DNA from: an uncultured Chloroflexia bacterium
GTDB lineage: Bacteria; Chloroflexota; Limnocylindria; Limnocylindrales; CSP1-4
DNA length: 64,000 bases
Assembly: GCA_963722105.1 (NCBI GenBank)
Contig: CAVRKQ010000001.1
Coordinates: 13,686-77,685, forward strand
Direction: 5' to 3'
Position 1 is the stretch's first letter. Each line of letters starts with the position of its first letter. A program made the translations under genes and the position numbers. The notes under the pieces are model-generated. The model searched no databases. It had not been told where the DNA came from and was given only the letters and a program-made list of their open reading frames with translations. Below are positions 1 to 13,159 of this stretch, one piece after another.

Positions 1-120
1 TGATGGACCTGGCCGAGAAGGTCCTCGACGGCGAGGAGGTCCCCGAGCGGGTCGTCACCGAGGAGACCACCTTCACCCAGGAGCAGGCCGCCGAGGTCGC
101 TTCCCGACCGCCAGTACTGA
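1..120 (+). CDS. 3' end of sugar ABC transporter substrate-binding protein (YtfQ-like), partial, 1 indel
   Basis: [32 protein letters not shown] resembles the YtfQ-family C-terminus; TGA at 118-120; followed by ATPase and permeases. Confidence 0.7.
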
Positions 121-215
121 GCCGACCGCAGCCACGCCTCCGCGCGGCGTCCCGAGACCGCCGCGGGCCCGGGCCGCGTCCGGCCGACGGCGAGCACTCC
201 ACCGAGGAGGAAGCG

Positions 216-1814
216 ATGACCCAGATCGAGGAGCAGCCGCGGTCGGTCGCCCGAGCCCGGGACGACCGACCGCAGCCGATGATCGAGATGCGCGACATCT
301 CGATCACCTTCGGCGCGGTGCGTGCGCTGAGCAGGACGTCGGCCTGCGGCTGTTCCCCGGTGAGGTGCACGCCCTGATGGGCGAGAACGGCGCCGGCAAG
401 TCGACGCTGATCAAGGCGCTGACCGGCGTCTACACGATCGACGCCGGCACCATCACTGGTCGGCGGCGAGCAGCACGAGTTCGCCTCGCCGGCCGCCTCC
501 CAGGCGGCGGGGATCAGCACCGTCTACCAAGAGGTCAACCTGCTCCCCAACCTCACCGTCGCCGAGAACATGCTGCTGGGCCGCGAGCCCCGGCGCTTCG
601 GCGCGCATCAACGTCCGCGGCGATGAACCGCCGGGCCCGGGCGACCCTCGAGCGGCTCGGCCTCGACATCGACCCCGCGCTCCGTCCTCGGGGAGCACCC
701 GATCGCCGTCCAGCAGCTGGTCGCGATCGCCCGCGCGGTCGACGTCGAGGCCCGCGTCCTGATCCTCGACGAGCCGACCTCGAGCCTGGACGCCGACGAG
801 GTGGCGAAGCTGTTCGAGGTGATGCGCACGGCTCCGCGAGCACGGCGTCGCGATCGTCTTCGTCTCCCACTTCCTCGACCAGGTCTACGAGATCGCCGAC
901 CGGATGACGATCCTGCGCAACGGCACGCCTCGTCGAGCGAGCGGATGGTCGAGGACACCAGCCAGCTCGAGCTGGTCAAGCTGATGATCGGCCGCGAGCT
1001 CGAGGTCCTGGAGCGGCTCGACCGCGAGGCGGCCGACGACCGACGCCGACGAGCGGGACGCCGGTGCTCCGGGCCATCGGCCTGAGCCGCAAGGGCTCGC
1101 TGGAGGCCACCGACCTGACCTCTACGAGGGCGAGGTCGTCGGCATCGCCGGGCTGCTGGGCTCGGGGCGCACCGAGCTCGCCCGGCTGCTCTTCGGCGCC
1201 GACACCGCCGACACCGGCGAGGTCGAGCGTGCGCTCCGACGGCGCCGGCTGCGCAGCCCGCGGCACGCCATCGACCGCAAGATCGCGTTCTCCAGCGAGG
1301 ACCGCAAGCGCCGAGGGCGTCATCGAGCGACCTCACGGTCGCCGACAACATGCTGCTCGCGCTGCAGGCCGTCCGCGGCTGGCTGCGCCCGATCCCGCCG
1401 GCGACCCGGACGCGGCTCGTCGCGGAGTACATCGAGGCGCTCGACATCCGTCCGGCCGACCCGAACGCGCTGATGCGCAACCTCTCCGGCGGCAACCAGC
1501 AGAAGGTGCTGCTCGCCCGCTGGCTGATCACCGAGCCGGAGGTGCTGATCCTCGACGAGCCGACCCGCGGCATCGACATCGGCGCCAAGGCCCAGATCCA
1601 GGTGATGGTCGCCGAGCTCGCCCGCCAAGGGCATGTCGGTGCTGTTCATCTCCGCGGAGCTCGAGGAGGTGCTGCGCCTCAGCCACCGCGTCGTCGTGAT
1701 GCGCGACCGCCGCAAGATCCACGAGCGCGCAACGACGACCTGAGCGTCGCGACGTCCTCGAGACCATCGCGGGCGAGGCCCGCGCCGAGCGGAGGACCCG
1801 GACCGACGTCCTGA
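216..1814 (+). CDS. Sugar ABC transporter ATP-binding protein (YtfR/MglA-like, two ABC domains), multiple frameshifts
   Basis: SD GAGGAGG before ATG 216; [55 protein letters not shown] spread over several frames; 3' end approximate. Confidence 0.9.
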
Positions 1815-2890
1815 GCCCCGCCCCGAACGCCGACGAGACCCGCCCGGAGCGGCGCCCCGTCAGCGCGCTGCTCGGCCACCAGCTGCTGTGGCCGATCCTC
1901 GCCCTGGTCGTGCTGCTGGTCGTCGACGTCCTGGCGAACCCGGACTTCCTCGACATCCGGATCGTGGACGGGCACCTCTACGGCAACCCGATCGACATCG
2001 TCCGCAACAGCGCGCCGGTGCTGCTGGTCGCGCTCGGCATGACACTGGTCATCGCGACCCGCGGCATCGACCTCTCGGTCGGCGCGGTCGCCGCGATCGC
2101 CGCCGCGGTGGCGTGCGCCCGGATCGTCGAGGCATCCGACGAGGGCGCGGCTCGGCCGCGATCGTGGCGTGCACGACGGCGCTCGCGGTCTGCGTCCTGC
2201 TCGGCGTGTGGAACGGCTTCCTGGTCTCCGTGCTCGGGCATCCAGCCGATCATCGCCACACTGGTGCTGATGGTCGCCGGCCGCGGCATCGCGCTGCTGG
2301 TCACCGACGGTCAGATCACCACCCCGACCAACGAGACGTTCAGCAACCTCGCCTCCGGCTACGTGCTCACCCTGCCGATCGCGTTCCTGATCGCGATCGC
2401 GATGTTCGTGCTGACCGCCCTGCTCACCCGGCGTACGGCGCTCGGCATGCTGATCGAGGCGGTCGGCATCAACCCGGACGCCAGCCGGCTCGCCGGCGTG
2501 CGGGCGCGCACGATCACCTGGACCGTCTACGTGTTCGCGGCCGTCTGCGCAGGCATCGCCGGGCTCATCATCGCCGCCAACACCAACTCCGTGAACGCAG
2601 AGAGCCTGGGCCTCTGGATCGAGCTGGACGCGATCCTCGCCGTCGTCATCGGCGGCACCTCGCTGGCCGGCGGGCGGTTCTCGCTGGCCGGCACGGTCGT
2701 GGGTGCGCTGCTGATCGCCACCCTCGCCCGCACCATCCCCAACATCGGCATCCCGTCGGAGGCCAACTACGTGTTCAAGGCGCGTCGTGGTCGTCGCGGT
2801 GTGCCTGCTCCAGTCGCCGCGAGGCGCCGGCGCCGCGCTCCGCGTGCGCGTACGCCGCCCCCCTTCCGCGCGAAGGCGGTCGCCGCATGA
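1811..2890 (+). CDS. Sugar ABC transporter permease (YtfT-like), frameshifted
   Basis: [56 protein letters not shown]; start approximate. Confidence 0.9.
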   Translation: MSPAPNADETRPERRPVSALLGHQLLWPILALVVLLVVDVLANPDFLDIRIVDGHLYGNPIDIVRNSAPVLLVALGMTLVIATRGIDLSVGAVAAIAAAVACARIVEASDEGAARPRSWRARRRSRSASCSACGTASWSPCSGIQPIIATLVLMVAGRGIALLVTDGQITTPTNETFSNLASGYVLTLPIAFLIAIAMFVLTALLTRRTALGMLIEAVGINPDASRLAGVRARTITWTVYVFAAVCAGIAGLIIAANTNSVNAESLGLWIELDAILAVVIGGTSLAGGRFSLAGTVVGALLIATLARTIPNIGIPSEANYVFKARRGRRGVPAPVAARRRRRAPRARTPPPFRAKAVAA

Positions 2891-3901
2891 GCACCGCCAC
2901 CGCTCCCGTCCGGCGCCTCCGCCTGTGGGACCGGGTCCGCACCTACTCGCCGCCGAGCCGCTACCTGCCGGTGATCGGTACGTTCGCGCTGTTCATCGGG
3001 ATGTTCGTGATCGGCGGCATCCAGTACGACTGGTTCGCCGACCCCCAGGAGTTCCTCAACCTGCTGCTGGACAACTCGTTCCTCATCGTCCTGGCCGTCG
3101 GGATGACGTTCGTGATCCTCACCGGCGGCATCGACCTCTCGGTCGGCTCGGTCGTCGCGATGTCGACGATGATCCCCGCCAAGACGCTGGAGATGGGCTG
3201 GTCGCCGTACGCCGCGATGGCCGCGGTGCTGGTCGTCGGGACGGTGTTCGGCGCGCTGATGGGGCTGCTGATCCACTACTTCGACATCCAGCCGTTCATC
3301 GCCACGCTGGCCGGCATGTTCCTGGCCCGCGGGCTCGCCTACCTGATCAGCGTCGAGGCGATCCCGATCACCGACGAGACGTTCTCCGAGCTCGCGTTCG
3401 AGCACCGGTCACGCTCCCCGGTGGCTACTACACGTACTGGACGGTCGTGGTCGCGCTGGTGACGCGTCGTCGTGGCGGCGTACGTCCTGGCCCGGACCCG
3501 GTTCGGCCGCACGGTCTACGCGATCGGCGGCAGCGAGAGCTCGGCGATGCTGATGGGCCTGCGGGTCGCCCGGTGAAGGTCGGCGTCTACGCGATCAGCG
3601 GGTTCTGCGCCGCCCTCGGCGGGCATGCTGTACGCGCTCTACATCGCTGTCCGGCAACAGCCTGACGCCGATCGGCATGGAGCTCGACGCGATCGCTGCG
3701 GTCGTGATCGGCGGCACCCTGCTGACCGGTGGCCGCGGCTTCGTCTTCGGCTCGCTCCTCGGCGTGCTGGTCCTCGGCACCATCCAGGCCCTCATCTACT
3801 TCGACGGCACGCTGGACTCGGCATGGATCCGGATCGCCACCGGTGCGCTGGTGCTCGTGTTCATCGTGATCCAGCGACTGATGACCCGGCGGCAGGCGTG
3901 A
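2887..3901 (+). CDS. Sugar ABC transporter permease (YjfF-like), frameshifted
   Basis: ATGA overlap at 2887; GMTFVILTGGIDLSVGSV, IQPFIATLAGMFLARG, ELDAIAAVVIGGTLLTGG. Confidence 0.9.
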
Positions 3902-4967
3902 CCGACACCGCCCGGCGGAGGCGTCCGACGGCACCCCCGCACCGGCCGGACGCCGGTGATGGCCGACGTCGCCCGGCTGGCGGGCGTGTCCCACCAGACC
4001 GTCTCCCGGGTGGTCAACGGCCAGAACAACCTCCGCCCCGCGACCCGGGAGCGGGTCCTGGAGGCGATCCGGCAGCTCGGCTACCGGCCGAACACCGCCG
4101 CCCGGGGCCTGGTCACCCGGCGCTCCGGGACGATCGGCGTGATCGGCTCGAAGAGCGGGTTCTGGGGTCCCAGCACGCGTGCACCGCACGCATCCAGGCG
4201 GCCGGCCGCGAGGCCGGCTACTTCGTCAGCTCGGCGAACCTGCAGAGCGTCACCCGCGAGGAGCTCAACGACGCCATCGAACCACCTCCGCGACCAGCAC
4301 GTCGAGGGGATCATCCTGATCGCCGCGAACGACGAGGCCGCTCGAGGTCGTCGCGCGCCCAGGAGACCGGCGGGGTGCCGGTCGTCGTCGTCGAGGGCGA
4401 CCTCGCGAAGGCCCGCTGGGCGGTCGGCGTCGACCAGGTCGCCGGCGCCCAGCTGGCCACCGAGCACCTGATCGAGCTCGGGCCACCGCGACGTCGCCCA
4501 CGTCGCCGGCCCGCAGGAGTGGACCGAGGCGCGGGCCCGCATGCGGGCTGGCAGCAGGCGATGTACGACGCGGGGTTGCGGCCCCAGCAGCACCTGCAGG
4601 GCGACTGGACCGCCGCGAGCGGCTACGAGGCCGGCCGCGAGCTGGCCGCGAGCCCGAGGTGACCGCGGTGTTCGCCGCCAACGACCAGATGGCGCTCGGT
4701 GTCCTGCGTGCGTTGTCCGAGGCCGGCCGGACGGTGCCCGCGGACGTCAGCGTCGTCGGCTTCGACGACATCCCGGAGGCGGCGTACCTCATCCCGCCGC
4801 TGACCACCGTCCGCCAGGACTTCGCCGCCGTGGGCCGCCTCGCCATCGACGTGCTGCGCCAGGCGATCGTCGCCGCGCATCCGGACGAGGACACCGTGCC
4901 CCACCTGATCGAACCCGAGCTGGTGCTGCGCGCCAGCTCCGCCGCCCGCTCCGAGAGGAACTCGTGA
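3898..4967 (+). CDS. LacI-family transcriptional regulator, frameshifted
   Basis: [29 protein letters not shown] hinge, [30 protein letters not shown]. Confidence 0.92.
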
Positions 4968-6666
4968 TGTCCGAGAGCCAGTACGTCGTCGGCGTGGACT
5001 TCGGGACGCTGTCCGGGCGGGCAGTCGTGGTCGCGTGTGTCGGACGGCGCCGAGCTGGGCTCCGCCGATCCACCCCTATCCCGCACGCCGTGATCGAGAA
5101 CGACGCTGCCCGGCTCGGACGTCCGCGCTGCCTCCGGACTGGGCGCTGCAGGTGCCCGAGGACTACCGCGAGGTGCTGCGCACCGCCGTGCCGGCGGCGG
5201 TCGCGCGCCGCCGGCATCGACCCGGCGCGACGTCATCGGCATCGCCACCGACTTCACCGCCTGCACGATGATCCCGACCCTCGCCGACGGCACGCCGCTG
5301 TGCGAGCTCGCCGACCTCGCCGACCGGCCGCACGCGTACGTCAAGCTGTGGAAGCACCACGCCGCGCAGGCCCAGGCCGACCGGATCAACGCGCTGGCCG
5401 AGCGCCGCGGGGCGAGGCCTGGCTGCCGCGCTACGGCGGCCTGATCTCCTCGGAGTGGGAGTTCGCCAAGGGGCTGCAGCTGTTCGAGGAGGACCGCGAG
5501 GTCTACGACCGGATGGAGCACTGGGTCGAGGCGGCCGACTGGATCGTCTGGCAGCTGTGCGGCACCTACGTCCGCAACGCCTGCACCGCCGGCTACAAGG
5601 GCATCTCCAGGACGGCGACTACCCGACGGCCGACTTCCTGGGCGAGCTGGCACCCGGCTTCGAGGGGTTCGTCGACGGACAAGCTCGGCACCGGATCGGC
5701 CAGCTCGGCGAGCGCGCCGGGCGGCTGACCGCCGAGGCGGCCGCGTGGACCGGGCTGCCCGAGGGCATCGCGGTCGCGGTGGGCAACGTCGACGCCCACG
5801 TCACCGCGCCGGCCGCGCAGGCGACCGGCCCCGGCCAGATGGTCGCGATCATGGGCACCTCGACCTGCCACGTCATGAGCGCCGACGTCCTCGCCGAGGT
5901 GCCGGGCATGTGCGGCGTCGTCGACGGCGGCATCGTCGCCGGCAGCTGGGGCTACGAGGCCGGGCAGAGCGGCGTCGGCGACATCTTCGGCTGGTTACGT
6001 CGACCGTCGGTCCCCGCGGCGTACGCCGACCGGGCGGCCGCGGCGGGCGAGTCCGTGCACGAGCTGCCTCACCGCGCCTGGCCGCCGAGCAGGAGGTCGG
6101 CGAGCACGGCCTGGTCGCGCTCGACTGGCACAGCGGCAACCGCTCGGTGCTGGTCGACCACGAGCTGTCCGGGCTGGTCGTGGGGCTGACGCTGGCGACC
6201 CGGCCCGAGGACGTCTACCGGGCGCTGCTCGAGGCCACCGCGTTCGGCACCCGGGTGATCGTCGAGACGTTCCGCGACAGCGGCGTGCCGGTGGAGGAGT
6301 TCGTCGTCGCCGGCGGGCTGGCCGAAGAACCGCCTGCTCATGCAGATCTACGCCGACGTGACCCGGCTGCCGCTGTCGGTCATCGGCTCCGAGCAGGGCC
6401 GGCGCTCGGCTCGGCCATCCACGCCGCGGTCGCCGCCGGCGCCTACGCCGACGTGCCGCCGGCCGCCAAGGCGATGGGCAAGGTCCGCGCCGGCGGCGTA
6501 CCTGCCCGACGCGGCGCGGGCCGCGGCCTACGACGCGCTGTTCGCGGAGTACCTCGCGCTGCACGACCACTTCGGCCGCGACCGACGGCGCGATGCGCCG
6601 GCTCAAGGCCCTCCGGCGCGACGCCGTCGCGCCGACGACTCGCGCGGCGACGGGAGCAGGCCATGA
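4967..6666 (+). CDS. araB: L-ribulokinase, frameshifted
   Basis: VGVDFGTLSGRA, YGGLISSEW, GNVDAHV, MGTSTCH, YEAGQSGVGDIF, LDWHSGNRSVL, MQIYADVT. Confidence 0.93.
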
Positions 6667-7358
6667 CCGCCGTCAGCCGACGTCGCGAGGCCATCGATCA
6701 GCGAGCTGCGCCGCGAGGTCTGCGCCCTGCACGCCGAGCTGACCCGCTACCAGCTGGTGGTGTGGACGGCCGGCAACGTCTCCGCCCGGGTGCCCGGCCA
6801 GGACCTGCTGGTCATCAAGCCGCAGCGGCGTCTCCTACGACGAGCTGACGCCCGGAGAACATGGTGGTCTGCGACCTCGACGGCCGCGTCGTCGAGGGCG
6901 AGCACGCGCCGTCCTCGGACACCGCGGCGCAGGCCTACGTCTACCGGCACCTGCCCGAGGTCGGCGGCGTCGTGCACACCCACTCGACGTACGCCACCGC
7001 CTGGGCCGCCCGCGGCGAGCCGATCCCGTGCGTGCTGACCATGATGCGCCGACGAGTTCGGCGGCGAGATCCCGGTCGGCCCGTTCGCGCTCATCGGCGA
7101 CGACTCCATCGGCCGGGGCATCGTCGAGACCCTGCGCGGGCACCGCTCGCCGGCGGTGCTGATGCAGAACCACGGCGTCTTCACCATCGGCGCCGACCGC
7201 CAGGGCCGCGGTCAAGGCCGCGGTGATGTGCGAGGACGTCGCCCGCACCGTGCACATCGCCCGCCAGCTCGGCGAGCCGGTCCCCATCGCGCCAGCAGCA
7301 CATCGACGCGCTCTACGACCGCTACCAGAACGTCTACGGCCAGCAGCCGACAGGATGA
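6663..7358 (+). CDS. araD: L-ribulose-5-phosphate 4-epimerase, frameshifted
   Basis: [53 protein letters not shown]; between araB and araA. Confidence 0.92.
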
Positions 7359-7361
7359 CCC

Positions 7362-8881
7362 ATGTCCGATCGAACTGCCGCGAGGTCTGGTTCCTCACCG
7401 GCAGCCAGGGGCTCTACGGCCAGGAGACGCTCGACCAGGTCGCCGCGCAGTCGCAGGAGATCGCCGCCGCGCTCGACGACGTCTCCGGACGCTGCCGGTC
7501 CGCGTCGTGTGGAAGCCGGTGCTGCATCGACGCCGGCGGCGATCCACCGGCAGCATGCTCGACGCCAACGCCGCGCCGGCGTGCGTCGGCGTGATCGCCT
7601 GGATGCACACCTTCTCGCCGGCGAAGATGTGGATCGCCGGCCTCGACGCGCTGCGCAAGCCGCTGCTGCACCTGCACACGCAGGCCGACGTGGAGCTGCC
7701 GTGGTCGCACGATCGACATGGACTTCATGAACCTCAACCAGGCCGCGCACGGCGACCGGGAGTTCGGCTACATCCAGTCCCGGCTCGGGGTGGCCCGCAA
7801 GACCGTGGCCGGCCACGTCGAGCGACCCGCTCGGTCCGGCAGCGGGTCGGCGCGTGGGCGCGGGCGGCGGTCGGGCGCGCCGAGCTGCGCACACCTGCGG
7901 CTGGCCCGGTTCGGCGACAACATGCGCGACGTCGCGGTCACCGAGGGCGACAAGGTCGAGGCCCAGCTGCGGTTCGGCGTCTCGGTCAACACCTACGGCG
8001 TCAACGACCTGGTCGCCGTCGTCGACGCGGTCGCCGACGCCGACATCGACGAGCTGGTCGGCGAGTACGCCGACCTCTACCAGGTCGCCCCCGAGCTGCT
8101 GCCCGGCGGCGACCGGCACGACGTCGCTGCGCTACGGCGCCCGGATCGAGCTGGGCCTGCGGCACGTTCCTCGACGACGGCGGCTTCGGCGCCTTCACCA
8201 CGAACTTCGAGGACCTCGGCGGGCTGCGCCAGCTCCCCGGCCTGGCCGTGCAGCGGCTGATGGCCGACGGCTACGGCTTCGGCGGCGAGGGCGACTGGAA
8301 GACCTCGGTGCTGCTGCGCACGATGAAGGTGATGGCCGGCGGGCTGCCCGGCGGCACGTCGCTTCATGGAGGACTACACCTACCACCTGGTGCCGGGCGA
8401 GGAGAAGATCCTCGGCGCGCACATGCTCGAGGTCTGCCCGACGCATCACGCGCAGGCAGCCCTCGCTCGAGATCCACCCGCTGGGCATCGGCGGCCGGGA
8501 GGACCCGGTCCGGCTGCGCTTCACGCCGACCCCGGGCCCGGCGTGGTCGCCGGGCTGTCCGACCTGGGCGACCGGTTCCGGCTGACCGTCAACGAGATCG
8601 ACGTGGTCGAGCCCGACGAGCCGACCTGCCGAAGCTGCCGGTGGCCTGCGCGGTCTGGAAGCCGCGACCCGTCCTGGCGCACCTCGGCCGAGGCCTGGCT
8701 GATGGCCGGCGGCCCGCACCACACGGTGCTCTCCACCGCGGTCGGCGTCGAGGTGCTCGAGGACTTCGCCGAGATGACTCGCGTCGAGCTGCTCGTCATC
8801 GACGCCGACACCACGCCGCGCGGCTTCCAGCGCGAGCTCCGCTGGAACGCGGCCTACTACCGGCTGGCGGCCCGCTTGTAG
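7362..8881 (+). CDS. araA: L-arabinose isomerase, frameshifted
   Basis: [86 protein letters not shown]. Confidence 0.95.
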
Positions 8882-8926
8882 GCACGCGCTAGGAAAGAGT
8901 CCGGCAGTCGACGAGAGGAACCACCA

Positions 8927-9925
8927 GTGGAGCAGCGCGAGCTCGGCAGGACCGGACGGAAGGTGTCGGTGGTCGGCCTGGGCACCTGGCAGCTGGGCGC
9001 GGACTGGGGTGACGTCTCCGAGGAGGCCGCCCGCGACGTGCTGGAGGCCTCGGCCGAGGAGGGCGTGACCTTCTTCGACACCGCCGACGTCTACGGCGAC
9101 GGGCGCAGCGAGCAGCACGTCGGCCGCTTCCTGGCCGCGCACCCCGACGAGGGGATCGTCGTCGCCACCAAGATGGGCCGGCGGGTCGACCAGGTGCCGG
9201 AGAACTACGTGCTCGACAACTTCCGCGAGTGGACCGACCGGTCGCGGCGCAACCTCGGCGTCGAGCGCCTGGACCTGGTCCAGCTGCACTGCCCGCCGAC
9301 GGCGGTGGTCGACCGCGGACGCGACGTACGACGCGCTGGACACGCTGGTCGAGGACGGCGCCATCGCGGCGTACGGCCTGAGCGTCGAGACCGTCGACCA
9401 GGCCCTGGCCGCGATCGCGCGTCCGCACGTCGCGTCGATCCAGATCATCCTCAACGCGTTCCGGCTCAAGCCGCTCGAGCGGGTGCTGCCCGCGGCCGGC
9501 GGAGGCCGGCGTCGGCATCATCGCCCGGGTGCCGCTGGCCTCGGGCCTGCTGTCCGGGCGGTACGACGCGAGCACCACCTTCGCGAAGGACGACCACCGC
9601 AGCTACAACCGGGACGGCAGCGCGTTCGACGTCGGCGAGACGTTCTCCGGCGTCGGCTTCGAGACCGGGGTGGCCGCGGCCGGCGAGTTCACGGCTCTCG
9701 TCGACCGCGCCGCTCCGGAGGGGCTGACCCCGGCCCAGGCGGCGATCGCGTGGATCTGGCAGCAGCCGGGCGTCTCAGCGTGATCCCGGGCGCGCGCAAC
9801 GCCGAGCAGGCCCGCGCCAACGCCGCGGCCGGGCGTGCGGAACCCCTCGGCGACGCGTTCTTGGCCGGCGTGCAGCGGACCTCTACGACGCGAGGATCCG
9901 GGCGGCCGTGCACGACCGCTGGTGA
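8927..9925 (+). CDS. Aldo/keto reductase, frameshifted
   Basis: GLGTWQLG, FFDTADVYGDGRSE, ATKMGR, LDLVQLHCP, PLASGLLSG, VIPGARN; TGA at 9923-9925. Confidence 0.9.
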
Positions 9926-9938
9926 GCCCGGTCGTGGG

Positions 9939-10097
9939 TCAGTTCGACTGCGGGTCGAAGGCGTCGATGGGTGTCTGCCACGCGGCCGGTGCGACGTGCC
10001 GCGATCCGGAGAAGTCGCCCGCGTAGTAGCCGTTGTGGGAGTGCACTCGGCGCGCGAACACCCCGGATTCCTCTTCGATGGCGATCGATGCGGCCAC
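9939..10097 (-). CDS. Candidate 52-aa small protein MAASIAIEEESGVFARRVHSHNGYYAGDFSGSRHVAPAAWQTPIDAFDPQSN
   Basis: GAGGAGG SD (10112-10106) 8 nt before GTG 10097; fills the gap between AKR and ROK genes. Confidence 0.45.
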   Translation of the reverse strand: MAASIAIEEESGVFARRVHSHNGYYAGDFSGSRHVAPAAWQTPIDAFDPQSN

Positions 10098-10272
10098 GGT
10101 GTCCACCTCCTCTGTCGGCTGTTGCGGTGATGTAGATATGGACCGAGGGTCCCGGCGGAAGTCATCGCCGCCGCGGAGAATTTCTCGGGATCTTCTGTGA
10201 GTCGATAGTGCGCCGATCGGCACCGGGCGCGCATCCGTGGAGTCACCGGTACCCGTCCCCGTACGGCGGTCC

Positions 10273-11454
10273 TCAGGCCAGGGTGAGTCGCTGGTCGACG
10301 GCCCACGGGCTGAGCACCGCGTCGAGCGCCAGCGCCGCGCAGCCGACCAGGCCGGCGCGGTCGCCGTGCGCGGCCGGCAGGAACTGCAGGTCGCGGGTCG
10401 CCAGCGCGGAGCTGTGCGTGTAGACCGACTCGCGGATCCCGCCGGCCACGATGTCGAACGCCGCGGCCATGTCGCCGCCGACCACCACGGCCTGCGGGTT
10501 GAGCACGTTGACCACCACGGCCAGCAGCTCGCCGAGCCGGCGGCCGCTCTCGCGCAGCAGGCCGCGCGCGGTCGGCGTCACCGGCCAGGGCCGCGGCGAC
10601 CAGGTCGCGCACGTGGCTGGATCGCGTCGTCCGTCGGCCTGCCCGACCAGCGCCCAGCCGCCGGCGACCGCCTCGAGGCAGCCGGTCTTGCCGCAGCGGC
10701 AGGCGAGGCCCTCGGCGGCCGTGGAGCGGGAGTGGCCGATCTCGCCGGCCGCGCCGACGTGCCCTTGACCAGCCGGCCGTCGGAGATGATGCCGAGCCCG
10801 AGCCCGGTCGAGGCCTTGACGACCAGGGCGTCGCGGAGCATCGCGCCGCGGGCCAGCAGCTCGGACTGGGCGAGCACGTCGGCGTCGTTGGCCATCACCA
10901 GCGGCGCGTCGGTGAGCGGGGCGAAGAACGGGCCGAGCTCGACGCCGTCCCAGCCGGGGATGACGGGGGAGTCGACGCTGGCTCCGCGCGACCTCGTCGA
11001 CGGTGCCGGGGAGGCCGAGCCCGACGCGAGCAGCGGCGCCGCGGCGGGCCGCGAGCTGGGCCGAGGCTCGCGCCACGATCCGCGGCATCAGCTCGTCGGG
11101 CCCGGTGCCGGCGGCGTGGTCGACGGAGTCGCTCGCCAGCTCCTGGCCGCGCGAGGTCGAACACGCCGACCTGGCTGCGGGAGCGGCCGACGGCGACCGC
11201 CAGCACCACGCCCGCGTCGGGGTTGACCGCCAGTGAGGCCGGCGGGCCGGCCGCCGGTCGAGGCGAGCTCGTCGCCGGCCAGCAGCAGACCGCTGGAGAC
11301 GAGCGCGGAGACCCGGGCGGTGACGGCGGTGCGCGAGAGGCCGGTCAGCCGGCGCAGGTCGGCGCGGGTGCTGGCCCGGCCGCTGCGGACCAGGTCGAGG
11401 ACCACGCCGGCGGTCGAACGCGCCGGTGCGCCGAGGCTCGCTGTCGGGCTGCAT
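10273..11454 (-). CDS. ROK-family transcriptional regulator, frameshifted
   Basis: N-terminal HTH (TRADLRRLTGLSRTAV..GGRP), MANDAD, KASTGLGLG, GAAGEIGH, CRCGKTGCLEAVAGG, LNPQAVVVGG. Confidence 0.9.
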   Translation of the reverse strand: MQPDSEPRRTGAFDRRRGPRPGPQRPGQHPRRPAPADRPLAHRRHRPGLRARLQRSAAGRRRARLDRRPARRPHWRSTPTRAWCWRSPSAAPAARSACSTSRGQELASDSVDHAAGTGPDELMPRIVARASAQLAARRGAAARVGLGLPGTVDEVARSQRRLPRHPRLGRRRARPVLRPAHRRAAGDGQRRRRARPVRAAGPRRDAPRRPGRQGLDRARARHHLRRPAGQGHVGAAGEIGHSRSTAAEGLACRCGKTGCLEAVAGGWALVGQADGRRDPATCATWSPRPWPVTPTARGLLRESGRRLGELLAVVVNVLNPQAVVVGGDMAAAFDIVAGGIRESVYTHSSALATRDLQFLPAAHGDRAGLVGCAALALDAVLSPWAVDQRLTLA

Positions 11455-11532
11455 GCGGTGTGTTCTCCTCTCGTCGTACGTCGTCGCAGGATACGGTCAC
11501 TCAACTTTAACCCAAAAAAAACCTAATAGTGC

Positions 11533-11561
11533 TTGCTGTTAGTCCGAACTGTCCTTACCGT
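11533..11561 (+). promoter_or_regulatory. Putative sigma70-type promoter of zwf
   Basis: TTGCTG (11533-38), 17-nt spacer, TACCGT (11556-61), 8 nt before ATG 11570, in an AT-rich divergent gap. Confidence 0.55.
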
Positions 11562-11569
11562 GGCTGATC

Positions 11570-13050
<1,481 letters not shown>

Positions 13051-13061
<11 letters not shown>

Positions 13062-13081
13062 CCCCACTGAGCTACGGGCCC
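13051..13081 (-). pseudogene. Truncated tRNA gene (5' acceptor strand and D-arm only)
   Basis: Minus strand GGGCCCG-TA-GCTC-AGTGG-GGCTAGC-AGGGGG; GCCCGTAGCTCAGTGG is identical to the tRNA at 45028; TGG-TAGCGT extended -10 lies 7 nt upstream; no anticodon loop or T-arm. Confidence 0.65.
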
Positions 13082-13159
13082 GGCGGCGACGCTACCACGT
13101 TGCGATCGGGCGCCCGTCGGCCCGACCGGAGTCGGGCGGCAGGTGCGTTCCCCGGCGTC

